Positions 30,480 through 39,712 of a stretch of 64,000 nucleotides of DNA are shown here, in pieces. The position numbers were made by a program, and so were the translations under genes. Below the pieces are notes generated by a model. The model saw only the letters and a program-made list of their open reading frames with translations. It was not told the DNA's origin and made no database searches. The stretch comes from an uncultured Anaerolineales bacterium. GTDB taxonomy: Bacteria > Chloroflexota > Anaerolineae > Anaerolineales > E44-bin32. The stretch lies in assembly GCA_965195195.1 (NCBI GenBank), contig CBDAFF010000016.1, positions 16,980-80,979 on the forward strand. Reading direction: 5' to 3'. Each line of letters begins with the position of its first letter. Position 1 is the first letter of the stretch.

Positions 30480-31310
30480 ATGCAGGAAATTCACACCAAT
30501 CACTGGCGGCTCATACAATCTCCCCCGGCTGGCGGCGGCTGGAACATGGCTCTTGACGAAGCCATCCTCGAAGCCGTTGGGCGAGGCGAATCGCTCCCGA
30601 CCCTGCGCTTTTACGCCTGGGACCCCCCTTGCATCTCACTCGGGGTTGCACAACCACTTCGTGATGTTGATTTGAAGCGGCTGCGCATGAAACGATGGGA
30701 TCTCGTTCGCCGCTCCACTGGGGGGCGGGCAATCCTGCACACAGACGAACTCACCTATGCTGTAATCGCACCCATCGACAATCCTCACCTCGCTGGCGGC
30801 GTTCTCGACAGCTACCTTCATCTGAGCGCTGGCCTCGTCGCCGGATTGCAGCACCTGGGCATGTCCGTGGAGATAGAGCCCGAAAAACAACTTACAGAGG
30901 AGGAGCGGGGAAACCCTGTTTGCTTCCAGGCGCCTAGCGCCTATGAGATCACAGTTGAGCAAAGGAAGCTGCTGGGCAGCGCGCAGGTTCGACGCCGGTT
31001 CGGTATCCTCCAACATGGCACCCTGCCTTTGAAAGGCGACATCACGCGTATTTGTGAAGCGCTGCAGTTTGATTCCGAGGAGGACCGCACCTCAGCCGCG
31101 GATGCTCTCCGAAACCATGCTGCGACCGCAGAAGAACTGCTGGGTAAACCTTTGTCGTGGGAGATGGCCGCGCAGGCGATGAGTGAAGGATTTCGTCAGG
31201 CGCTGGATTTGCAGCTCGAGTCAGGGGATCCCACCTCCGCAGAGCTCGCCCGAGCCGAAGAGCTGCAAGGCGAACGCTTCGCCAACGCCCAATGGACGGA
31301 ACGGATCTAG
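30480..31310 (+). CDS. Lipoate-protein ligase / octanoyltransferase family protein (BPL_LplA_LipB)
   Basis: NMALDEAILE...PTLRFYAWDPPCISLG and RKLLGSAQ (the catalytic Lys region) are present. TATAAT at 30467-30472 lies 7 nt before the ATG. Confidence 0.8.
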   Translation: MQEIHTNHWRLIQSPPAGGGWNMALDEAILEAVGRGESLPTLRFYAWDPPCISLGVAQPLRDVDLKRLRMKRWDLVRRSTGGRAILHTDELTYAVIAPIDNPHLAGGVLDSYLHLSAGLVAGLQHLGMSVEIEPEKQLTEEERGNPVCFQAPSAYEITVEQRKLLGSAQVRRRFGILQHGTLPLKGDITRICEALQFDSEEDRTSAADALRNHAATAEELLGKPLSWEMAAQAMSEGFRQALDLQLESGDPTSAELARAEELQGERFANAQWTERI

Positions 31311-31442
31311 CGCGAATTCATAATAGTCTTGATGGGTTGTCTTTCTGAGCTGAAGCGCAGTGGATGGGACTAATAAAGAATAAATACCACCAATTACCAG
31401 CGCAATTGATGCACTTTCGGACTACAACTATATTTGTGTGGA

Positions 31443-32099
31443 TTATTGTGAAACTGAGGTGAAGCGCACGTTCGAGAATCCCAACGACCCCAGAAGACGG
31501 AAAAGGTAGGCCTCTGCATTAACCTGCGCCTGCTCGAGAATCCCATCACTCAATGCCGCTTCCAGGATCTCTTTCTCCGCTGCCAGGCGGGCGGCAGATT
31601 CAAGCTCAACGTCACCGCGCCGCAAGAACCCAACTTCACGGTCGTATACATACGTCTTCTCATTATCCAATGCAGCGATAAAGATCTCAGCCGGGGGGAG
31701 TTGGAGCGTGACCACCCCTTGCTCATCGACCGAGATATCACTCTCTGTGATTTCCGCCAGATCCACACCAGCGATGACCGAGCCATGGGCAACAAGCAGG
31801 AGCCTATCCCCAAACAAGAAGCCGAAGGGACCCTGGCGAGTCTCTGCGGTTATGACCTTCTCAACCGAATATTGGATGGTCTCCAGGCGAGCCAGCGACT
31901 GTACTTCGTGGATTATCGTCACTGGGTCGGGGATGATGGTCGGGGTTGGATGGAGCAGCCTGGCAACTTCCGTGGATACTCCCTGCTGGAGTTCAATCAC
32001 GGGCTGTGTCGCCTGCTGCACCCCGCGCAGGAGGACGGCAACTGAAATCGCCAGGAATATCACGACGCCCATAAGTATGATAACAACGGCTTTTTTCAT
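31443..32099 (-). CDS. Membrane-anchored protein, DUF4230-like
   Basis: One N-terminal TM segment is present. Size and overall pattern recall DUF4230. This is recognition by eye only. Confidence 0.4.
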   Translation of the reverse strand: MKKAVVIILMGVVIFLAISVAVLLRGVQQATQPVIELQQGVSTEVARLLHPTPTIIPDPVTIIHEVQSLARLETIQYSVEKVITAETRQGPFGFLFGDRLLLVAHGSVIAGVDLAEITESDISVDEQGVVTLQLPPAEIFIAALDNEKTYVYDREVGFLRRGDVELESAARLAAEKEILEAALSDGILEQAQVNAEAYLFRLLGSLGFSNVRFTSVSQ

Positions 32100-32165
32100 A
32101 GTTGCGCATTATACCAAGAGCAGCTGCTTCTTGTGCCTGTCCGTCATAAGGTCTAAACTCAGCGC

Positions 32166-32450
32166 ATGCACGTCGCCGTCGTCACGATCGAACTCTATCT
32201 CCCCGGCTGCAACTCCTTGAAAGAGAAACGCAGCAAGCTTAAACCACTGCTCATAAGGCTGCAGCGCGAGTTCAATATCTCCACCGCCGAACTGGAGCAT
32301 AACGACCTACACAGGTCTGCAGGGATCGCCTGCGCGGTTGTTGGGAACAACGATCGCCACCTACAGAGGACGTTGGAGACCATTCCAAGATGGATCGAAC
32401 AGAACCGGCCAGACCTTCAGGTCGTTGATCACCAAATCATCCTCCTTTAA
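32166..32450 (+). CDS. DUF503 (YlxP-like) protein
   Basis: The 94-aa product begins with the typical N-terminus VVTIELYLPGCNSLKEKRSKLKPL. Confidence 0.7.
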   Translation: MHVAVVTIELYLPGCNSLKEKRSKLKPLLIRLQREFNISTAELEHNDLHRSAGIACAVVGNNDRHLQRTLETIPRWIEQNRPDLQVVDHQIILL

Positions 32451-32476
32451 ATTGTGAGGATGTTAAGGAGTCTTCC

Positions 32477-33265
32477 ATGGATTTAGGATTAAAGGATCGA
32501 ACAGCAATCGTCACCGCCGCATCACGCGGGTTAGGGAAAGCTGCGGCGCAAGCGCTTGCACGAGAAGGCGCGAATATCGCTCTATGCTCCCGCACGGATC
32601 AAATCTTCGCTACGGCAGAGGAGATTCAACAGGAGACTGGCGTGGATGTACTCGCCATACAAACCGACCTGACCGAACCGAAGCAAATTGAAGCGATGAT
32701 TTCTCAAGCACACAAACACTTTCAAAAAATCGACATCCTGATCATCAATGCCGGAGGCCCTCCTCCGGGAGGCTTCCTCGATCTAACCCCTGAGGATTGG
32801 ACCACGGCATTCGATCTAACCGTGATGAGCGCAGTGCATCTTTGTTACGGTGTCGTGCCGCACATGCTTGAACAAGGACACGGCTCTATCGTCGCAGCGC
32901 AATCCTACTCCGTCAAACAGCCGATCGATAACTTAATCCTCTCAAACTCGCTGAGGATGGCCGTGATCGGTTTGGTGAAGTCGCTGGCGAATGAACTCGG
33001 GCCGAACGGGATCCGCGTGAATTCGATCAATCCAGCCTGGACCTGGACGGAGAGAGTGCAGCAGCTCATGACGGATCGCGCCGAGCGAAGTGAGACTACT
33101 GTCGCTGAGCAGGCAGGTAAAGTCACTGAAGACGTACCGCTGGGTCGGATGGGGACGGTCGATGAATTCGGAAAGTCCATCGCCTGGTTGGCATCCCCCG
33201 CAGCCTCCTTCATCCATGGGCACGCGCTCATGTTCGATGGCGGCGCATCAAAAGCCTCGCTTTAG
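32477..33265 (+). CDS. SDR family oxidoreductase
   Basis: A Rossmann motif VTAASRGLGKAAA and an NAGG motif are present. The length (262 aa) fits the classical SDR type. Confidence 0.85.
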   Translation: MDLGLKDRTAIVTAASRGLGKAAAQALAREGANIALCSRTDQIFATAEEIQQETGVDVLAIQTDLTEPKQIEAMISQAHKHFQKIDILIINAGGPPPGGFLDLTPEDWTTAFDLTVMSAVHLCYGVVPHMLEQGHGSIVAAQSYSVKQPIDNLILSNSLRMAVIGLVKSLANELGPNGIRVNSINPAWTWTERVQQLMTDRAERSETTVAEQAGKVTEDVPLGRMGTVDEFGKSIAWLASPAASFIHGHALMFDGGASKASL

Positions 33266-33300
33266 CGACACACAATCATTCGTAAACCCGCTTAAACCTG

Positions 33301-33326
33301 AACCACGCAGCCTGCGCTGCGTGGTT
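33301..33326. terminator. Hairpin between convergent genes (bidirectional terminator candidate)
   Basis: An 11-bp perfect stem AACCACGCAGC / GCTGCGTGGTT has a 4-nt loop. There is no clean T tract. Confidence 0.45.
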
Positions 33327-33371
33327 AGTTAAGGGAAACGCGGTTGCCAGCCAGCGATCCAAACAAATAGT

Positions 33372-33779
33372 TCAGGCTGCGATAACTTGCTCCACCCTGA
33401 GCCGTCTTCGCATCAGCGTGCGCAGCCTGGAAGCGAGTAAACTAGCGTGAACAGGTTTGATAAGATAATCATCTGCCCCTGCATCCAGCGCCCTTGCTAC
33501 ACTCCCCGGGGAGCCAATCGCAGAGAGAATTAGGATCGGGACATCACAGAATTCACGGATTCTCTCACATACTTCCCAACCGTCCATGGTGGGCATCAGC
33601 AAATCGAGGATAATGACATCTGGCTGATCACTGCGGCACGCCTCGACACCTTCCTCACCGCTGAATACCGCTCGAATTTGAATGTCTTGACCCCGTAACA
33701 GCGTACGCAGCATGATCGCGAGATCGGGGTCGTCGTCGATGAGAAGAACGTCTACAGCCATATTTACCTTACCTTTCAC
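33372..33779 (-). CDS. Stand-alone response-regulator receiver (CheY-like)
   Basis: LLIDDDPD, the phospho-acceptor context VIILDLLMPTMDG, SAIGS and YLIKP are present. There is no output domain. Confidence 0.88.
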   Translation of the reverse strand: MKGKVNMAVDVLLIDDDPDLAIMLRTLLRGQDIQIRAVFSGEEGVEACRSDQPDVIILDLLMPTMDGWEVCERIREFCDVPILILSAIGSPGSVARALDAGADDYLIKPVHASLLASRLRTLMRRRLRVEQVIAA

Positions 33780-33909
33780 TGTAGCAATTATCCTTGATTT
33801 TTAGCTGCTTGAACCTTACAAGGTCCTTTCACTGCGAAGCAATCTTTGCTTGCTAGGAATCAGCAGAAAGGCTATGATGGTTTCATTAGAATTTCACAGA
33901 GGGTTCCAC

Positions 33910-35085
33910 ATGCCAAAGTCGTCCCAACAAACTTCCAATATTCAACTGATCCTATGCCCCCAATGTGAGCACCCTCTCCCGGGGGATGCGAGGACCTGTC
34001 CCAATTGTGGAATCGACCTGGCTCTCCTTTCCCTCCTTGGGGAAAAAGCCTACCTCGATGGCTCACCAATGTACGCTCCTATGGACACAACGCCGCAATG
34101 GCTCGTGCCCCGCATCGGGGATTTTCTCATCAAGCAGGGTGAAATCACAGATGAGCAGCTCAAGATGGCGCTGGCTCGCCAGAAAGAAGCTGCGGAAAGC
34201 GGCGAGCATGTTCTCCTCGGCCAGACGCTGCTAGAACTGGGCTACCTGGAGCGAGAGACTCTGGATCGAGCGATAACTCAGCAGATCGTAGAGCTGCATG
34301 CCGCCCTCCAGGAATCAAATAGGACTTTACAGCAGCGGGTAACGGAGAGGACGAAAGAGCTCAGGCACGCTCTTGAGCGACTGACCGAGATCAACCAGAT
34401 TAAAGCCAATCTCATCTCCAACATATCGCATGAACTTAGAACACCGCTAGCGCATATCAAGGGGTATGTTGAACTTTTCGTTGACGGTCAGTTGGGCGAT
34501 CTCACAGAGGAGCAAAGCGAGGCGATGCAGGTGACTCTACGAGCGACCAACCGCCTTGAAGGTTTGATCGAAGGTTTGATTGAGTTCTCAACCGCGTCAC
34601 GAGAGGGTATCACCCTCCACCTGCAGTCGGTTTCGATACCAGAGTTGATCGATGGAGTTCTCAATCGCTCTTCCGAGAAGGCGAAAAAAGCAGGTGTCAC
34701 CCTGGAGGCCAAGCTGGCTAATGATTTGCCTGATTTGCAGGTGGACTCTGAGCGGCTCTCCTGGGCGCTCTACCAGTTGGTCGATAATGGGGTTAAATTT
34801 ACCCCTGATGGGGGGGAAGTGAACGTACAGGTTGGAATCGAGGATCTGGGTATACATTTTGTGGTATCCGACACCGGTATTGGCATTCCCGCAGATCGCA
34901 TCCAGGAGATCTTCGAGCCATTCCACCAGTTAGACGGCTCTCCGACACGACGATACGGAGGTGCTGGCTTGGGTCTTGCACTTGTAGAGATAATCGTAGA
35001 TGCTCACGGTGCTGAATTGTCTGTTGAAAGCGAGGAAGGCCAAGGGACGAAATTTGAATTTACGATCCCTTCTGCTTCAGGGTAA
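33910..35085 (+). CDS. Soluble histidine kinase with N-terminal zinc ribbon and GspE-N/MshEN-like domain
   Basis: The zinc ribbon is CPQCEHPLPGDARTCPNCG. RIGDFLIKQGEITDEQLKMALARQ and LLGQTLLELGYLERETLDRAITQQ follow. H box SHELRTPL; N box LVDNGVKFTP; G1 DTGIGIP; G2 GAGLGLALV. There is no TM segment. The track ORF starts at TTG 33850. Confidence 0.85.
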   Translation: MPKSSQQTSNIQLILCPQCEHPLPGDARTCPNCGIDLALLSLLGEKAYLDGSPMYAPMDTTPQWLVPRIGDFLIKQGEITDEQLKMALARQKEAAESGEHVLLGQTLLELGYLERETLDRAITQQIVELHAALQESNRTLQQRVTERTKELRHALERLTEINQIKANLISNISHELRTPLAHIKGYVELFVDGQLGDLTEEQSEAMQVTLRATNRLEGLIEGLIEFSTASREGITLHLQSVSIPELIDGVLNRSSEKAKKAGVTLEAKLANDLPDLQVDSERLSWALYQLVDNGVKFTPDGGEVNVQVGIEDLGIHFVVSDTGIGIPADRIQEIFEPFHQLDGSPTRRYGGAGLGLALVEIIVDAHGAELSVESEEGQGTKFEFTIPSASG

Positions 35086-35087
35086 TA

Positions 35088-36338
35088 ATGACCGGTCCAT
35101 TAATTCCGACTGAATCCCTTACGTACGGCACGGAATTAAACGCCGTCTACGCCATCGCTCGCATCGTCGCAGAAACCTTCGATACCGATGCGGGACTCGA
35201 TGCGATTTTCCGTCTTGCACGCACAATCTTCATTTTCGACACCGTCGCTCTTTACCTCGAGAATGAAGAGTCACATGAGATAGAACCCAGCTATGCTCGC
35301 GCACTGGGTCGGGGCAGATCGCGCGGGGCAGATCTCGATTGGGGCGAGCCAGCCGCAGAAGAAGCCTTTCGCTCTGGTCAAACCGTGCTTCGCCAGGAGG
35401 ATGCCGGCCCGATCGTGAAAGGACGTGAGCGGCGACGCGATTTTCTCGGCTTACCGCTGCTTGTCAGCGGGCGTTGCGTAGGAAGTCTCGCCTTCGGAAG
35501 ATTCGGGGGACCATCTTTTCCATCGGAACATATCCAATTAGCGGAGTTTGTCGCCTGGCATGTTGGGCAGCTCCTGGAGAACCGCCGTCTCTCCCGACGC
35601 ATCGCTAGTTTGGAAGCACAGCGTGAACTGACCCGTATGCAGGATGATTTCATCTCAACAATCTCGCATGAACTGCGAACACCGCTGGGGTTCATTAAAG
35701 GATACGTTACGACACTCTTACGTGAGGACACAGAGTGGGACGAGACAAGCCGGGATGATTTCCTTAAAATTATCGACGATGAAGCGGATCGACTCAGCGA
35801 ACTCATCGACAACTTATTGGATTCATCCCGACTGGAAAGCGGGACTTTGAGCATGACTTTCGAACCAGCTCGCCTCGGTCCCGTCGTCCGAGCTATGATT
35901 CAAAGAGTCGAGGGGGCCACTCCAGAAACCGAGGTCATCACGGAGATGCCTGATGACCTCCCGATTCTCGAGATCGATTCAACGCGCATCGCTCAGGTAC
36001 TGGATAACTTCCTTACCAATGCCTCGAAATACGCGCCCGGGTCAAAGGTGTATATTAAAGTAGATGCAAATGCTGAACGCGTGCGTGTTGAAGTTCAGGA
36101 TGAAGGTCCTGGAATTACCCAGGAGCATCTTTCACACCTATTCGAGCGCTTCTACCGAGTCCCAATAAACGCGGCCACCCGCGGCACGGGTCTTGGACTT
36201 TACATCTCCCGTAAGATCATTGATGCGCATGGCGGTGAAATAGGAGTTGAGAGTATAGTAGGGAAAGGAACGAGTTTCTTCTTTACGCTCCCCGTGAATA
36301 CAATAAATATAGAGGAGCAGGAGGGCGAATATGTCTGA
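35088..36338 (+). CDS. Soluble GAF-domain histidine kinase
   Basis: A GAF-like N-terminal half (LGLPLLVSGRCVGSLAF) precedes H box SHELRTPLGFIKGY, N box NFLTNASKYAP, G1 DEGPGI and G2 GTGLGLYIS. It starts 2 nt after the upstream stop. Confidence 0.88.
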   Translation: MTGPLIPTESLTYGTELNAVYAIARIVAETFDTDAGLDAIFRLARTIFIFDTVALYLENEESHEIEPSYARALGRGRSRGADLDWGEPAAEEAFRSGQTVLRQEDAGPIVKGRERRRDFLGLPLLVSGRCVGSLAFGRFGGPSFPSEHIQLAEFVAWHVGQLLENRRLSRRIASLEAQRELTRMQDDFISTISHELRTPLGFIKGYVTTLLREDTEWDETSRDDFLKIIDDEADRLSELIDNLLDSSRLESGTLSMTFEPARLGPVVRAMIQRVEGATPETEVITEMPDDLPILEIDSTRIAQVLDNFLTNASKYAPGSKVYIKVDANAERVRVEVQDEGPGITQEHLSHLFERFYRVPINAATRGTGLGLYISRKIIDAHGGEIGVESIVGKGTSFFFTLPVNTINIEEQEGEYV

Positions 36339-37032
36339 CCCGAAAATGATTCTGGTCGTCGATGACGAACCACGTTATTTGAGCCTTGTGGAAATCAACC
36401 TTGAAACTGCGGGGTATGAAGTGATCACGGCGATGAACGGGCAGCAGGCTGTCGACGCAGTAGCCGAACACAAACCGGACATCGTCCTCCTCGACGTCAT
36501 GATGCCGGTTATGGATGGCTTCACCGCTTGTGAACGCATCCGCGAATTTTCATCCATCCCTATCATTATTCTCACAGCGAAGGGGGAAGAGCGCGATCGC
36601 GTGCGAGGGCTCGATGCAGGTGCCGATGACTACATCATTAAACCCTTCTCGGCGCAGGAGCTGCTCGCCCGAGTCCGCGCCGTCCTGAGGAGAGCCGAGC
36701 GTGAAACCGTTGAAGGATTCCATGAACCTCTTTTCAAGCACGACGGATTAGAGCTGGACCTTGCGCGCGCACAGGTCAATGTAGATGGGGAGGAGGTCGC
36801 CCTCACCGCGACTGAATATCGCCTGCTTCAAACACTGGCCAACAACACTGGCCGAGTGCTCAGCCCGGAAGATCTGCTGATGTCAGTCTGGGGAGACGAA
36901 TACAAAGATGACAAGGAAATCCTTTGGGTTTGCCTCAGCCGGCTTCGCCAAAAGATCGAACCCGACCCCAAGAACCCGGTACATATCATCACCAAACAGG
37001 GGATTGGGTACATGATGCCCTCAGTTGAATAG
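36331..37032 (+). CDS. OmpR/PhoB-family response regulator
   Basis: The receiver carries VVDDEP, VLLDVMMPVMDG and IIKPF. A winged-helix output follows (LTATEYRLLQTLA...GIGY). It overlaps the upstream kinase by 8 nt. Confidence 0.9.
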   Translation: MSDPKMILVVDDEPRYLSLVEINLETAGYEVITAMNGQQAVDAVAEHKPDIVLLDVMMPVMDGFTACERIREFSSIPIIILTAKGEERDRVRGLDAGADDYIIKPFSAQELLARVRAVLRRAERETVEGFHEPLFKHDGLELDLARAQVNVDGEEVALTATEYRLLQTLANNTGRVLSPEDLLMSVWGDEYKDDKEILWVCLSRLRQKIEPDPKNPVHIITKQGIGYMMPSVE

Positions 37033-37058
37033 CACCAGACCCCACGGGTAGCGCTGGA

Positions 37059-38201
37059 ATGCCGATACCTTCATTGCTCGTTATAGAGCCTGATCGTAAG
37101 ACCGCCGTCTTTATCCACCATATGCTCACACAAGCGGGCTATGAAGTTCAGGTGGTTCCAACGGGCAAGGAAGGGTTAATTGCAGCGTGGAGCGATCCGC
37201 CCGAAATCATCGTCACCGAATTAGATCTCCCAGATATCGATTTTATTGAGCTCATCCAGAAGTTTAAAAAAGATCAGCGCACGAGCCGGACTACCCTGAT
37301 CGGTTTTACCCATCTTAGCGCGCCCGAAGCCACGGTCGCCGGCATAGATGCAGGTCTGGACCACATCATCATCAAACAAACCGACGCTGTGGAAGTCCTG
37401 ATTAGCTACCTGACGGAAGGACAGCGAGCTGATGCAACGGAGAAATTCGCTCCAGCAGCTCCTCATCTCGCTCAAGTGATCGCCTTCTTGGGGGCGAAAG
37501 GCGGAGTCGGGACATCTTCGATTTGTATAAACATCGCCCACCTCATCTCACAAGCTGTCGGACCAGGCAAGACCGTTGTTCTCGACCTCGTCCTGCCGAT
37601 TGGGTCCTTGTGTGAGATCACCGGAATGATGGGACCACCGGATGTCGTCGACTTGACGAAACTGGAACCAAGCCAGCTCACCCATGAATATATGCGCGAC
37701 AATCTATTAACCCCTCAGGCGTGGGATATCAAGTTTATCCCGGGAGCCAGCAGCCCGGATCAGGCCGAGAGTTTGAACGCGGACCGACTTGCACCGCTGC
37801 TCCAATCGCTCCGCTCCACATACGAATACGTAATTGTTGACCTGGGGCGCAATCTTTCGCCTCTGGCTCGATTGGTGATGAGCGTAGCCGGGGATCTTGT
37901 ACTTGTCCTCATGCCCGATGAAGAATGTGTTAACAATGCACACGCGATCGCGGATTACCTAGACAACCACGGCATCCAGACTGATCGACTGCAGTACATC
38001 TCAAATCGCCCACTGCCATCCGAAGGATTAACCCAGAGGACTCTGGCAGATCGCATGGAAGTGGAGATGCTGGCAGCGGTACCAAATATCGGTACGCAGT
38101 TCACGCTGCTGAACTCCCTCCATGCCCCTTTGCAATTGCGCTTCCCTGACGAACGAGCCAATCTCATTCTCAAAGACGCAGCTTCCCGCCTGCTCCAGTA
38201 A
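37059..38201 (+). CDS. TadZ/CpaE-like protein: atypical receiver domain + ParA/MinD-type ATPase with a deviant P-loop
   Basis: The N-terminal REC-like fold lacks the acidic DD pair (VIEPD). The ATPase half has GAKGGVGTSS, where Thr replaces the canonical GK[ST] lysine. Confidence 0.65.
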   Translation: MPIPSLLVIEPDRKTAVFIHHMLTQAGYEVQVVPTGKEGLIAAWSDPPEIIVTELDLPDIDFIELIQKFKKDQRTSRTTLIGFTHLSAPEATVAGIDAGLDHIIIKQTDAVEVLISYLTEGQRADATEKFAPAAPHLAQVIAFLGAKGGVGTSSICINIAHLISQAVGPGKTVVLDLVLPIGSLCEITGMMGPPDVVDLTKLEPSQLTHEYMRDNLLTPQAWDIKFIPGASSPDQAESLNADRLAPLLQSLRSTYEYVIVDLGRNLSPLARLVMSVAGDLVLVLMPDEECVNNAHAIADYLDNHGIQTDRLQYISNRPLPSEGLTQRTLADRMEVEMLAAVPNIGTQFTLLNSLHAPLQLRFPDERANLILKDAASRLLQ

Positions 38202-38466
38202 TCAATCGGGATATCCAATATTAGTTAATGCCGGTTCTGGAAACACCATCCGATCCTTAGCTGTTCCATTCCCCATAGGATCACCCCCAGTTTAATTTAC
38301 CAATAATGAGCCGATCATCTATGAGTTTTCTAGCGAATACGCTCCAGGTGATTAAAGTCCTTGTTGCTTTTGGGTTAAATACCAATGTCCTCCTGATCTC
38401 TGGCATGTGGGTCTAAAGTGGGGACATTTGCTATAATCCCCTCAATCCGCAATCGGGAGCTGCATT

Positions 38467-39138
38467 ATGACGGATCAACAAACCCGAATTTTACGCGCCA
38501 AAATGCTGGGCGCTCTGATGCGTGAGAAACGCCTGGAAACCGGGATGAGCTTGAAAGATATGGCGAAGCTGATCGGCAGGACGACCAGCACACTCTCCTC
38601 GTATGAGCATGGTCGAAAGTCTATCTCCTTGCCAGAACTTGAACTCTTTGCGTTCCATCTAGATACCCCTCTGCGCTACTTTCTCTCACCATCCGCTGCT
38701 GATGTAGGAGAAGATTACACGTTCGACCCGACCATCATGGTCTCACTGCGGCAAAGGATGATCGGTGCAATGCTGCGCAAACGAAGACTCGAGCTGGGGA
38801 TGTCGATTCGGGAACTTGCTGCAACCGTCGATATGCCACCAAGCCGAGTGAGTAATTATGAACGTGGTTTGCGCCCTATCCCCATCCCCGATCTAGAAAG
38901 CTTGGTTAATGCCATCCAGCAGCCCGTCGATGCGCTGATCGACCACGAAGGGCCGATCGGCAACTGGCATATGACTCAGCAAGCGTTCGAACGCTTCTGT
39001 GAACTTCCTGCGGATCTACGCGCCTTCTTCAGTACACCTGAAAACGAGCCTTATCTCAAGATGGCAGAGCGGCTGTCAAAGCTTGATCTGCAGGCCTTGC
39101 ATAGAGTCGCTCAGGCGTTTGATGATCTAATTCAATGA
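38467..39138 (+). CDS. Protein with two tandem XRE-type HTH domains
   Basis: Two repeats are visible: MSLKDMAKLIGRTTSTLSSYEHGRKSISLPEL and MSIRELAATVDMPPSRVSNYERGLRPIPIPDL. Confidence 0.7.
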   Translation: MTDQQTRILRAKMLGALMREKRLETGMSLKDMAKLIGRTTSTLSSYEHGRKSISLPELELFAFHLDTPLRYFLSPSAADVGEDYTFDPTIMVSLRQRMIGAMLRKRRLELGMSIRELAATVDMPPSRVSNYERGLRPIPIPDLESLVNAIQQPVDALIDHEGPIGNWHMTQQAFERFCELPADLRAFFSTPENEPYLKMAERLSKLDLQALHRVAQAFDDLIQ

Positions 39139-39686
39139 CACAAGGGCTGGATTCACCAGAGAAACTCTCCCAGGACGCGCTCGACGCCTATAAACTCGGA
39201 GCGTATGAGGATGCCGTCCAAGGCTTTCAGGCTGCAAAGCGAGACTTCCTCGATCGCGGAGACGAAATAAATGCAGCAGAAGCCGCCAACAATCTCTCCG
39301 TTGTCCTGCTCAAGATGGACCGGCCGCACGAGGCCTTAGAGGCTGTGAAGGGGACCCCCGAAACCTTCCAGAGCGCCGGCAACAGCCAGATGGAAGCGAT
39401 GGCTTTGGGCAACCTTGCTACAGCACTTGAAGCCACTGGAGAGGTCAAACAAGCGGAGGAATGTTATATCCAGGCTCTCTCGCGCTTGGAGGAGGGTGAC
39501 GATCAAGAAACACGATCCTACATCCTTCAAGCGCTCTCAAGGCTCCAATTACGCGGCGGCAAGCCTTTTGATGCCCTCACAAGTATGCAAGGAGCGCTTG
39601 ATTCGCAGCCGCGCCTGAGTTGGCGCGACCGTGTCCTTCGCAGACTCTTCGACATACCCGGACGACTCCTCGGTCGGGGATCCTAA
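39135..39686 (+). CDS. TPR-repeat protein
   Basis: Repeats of the A..Y..G.Y..A...F type occur across 183 aa. An ATGA overlap joins it to the upstream gene. Confidence 0.6.
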   Translation: MTQGLDSPEKLSQDALDAYKLGAYEDAVQGFQAAKRDFLDRGDEINAAEAANNLSVVLLKMDRPHEALEAVKGTPETFQSAGNSQMEAMALGNLATALEATGEVKQAEECYIQALSRLEEGDDQETRSYILQALSRLQLRGGKPFDALTSMQGALDSQPRLSWRDRVLRRLFDIPGRLLGRGS

Positions 39687-39712
39687 TCCACCCCCCAGAG
39701 AGTTAGGACGCG

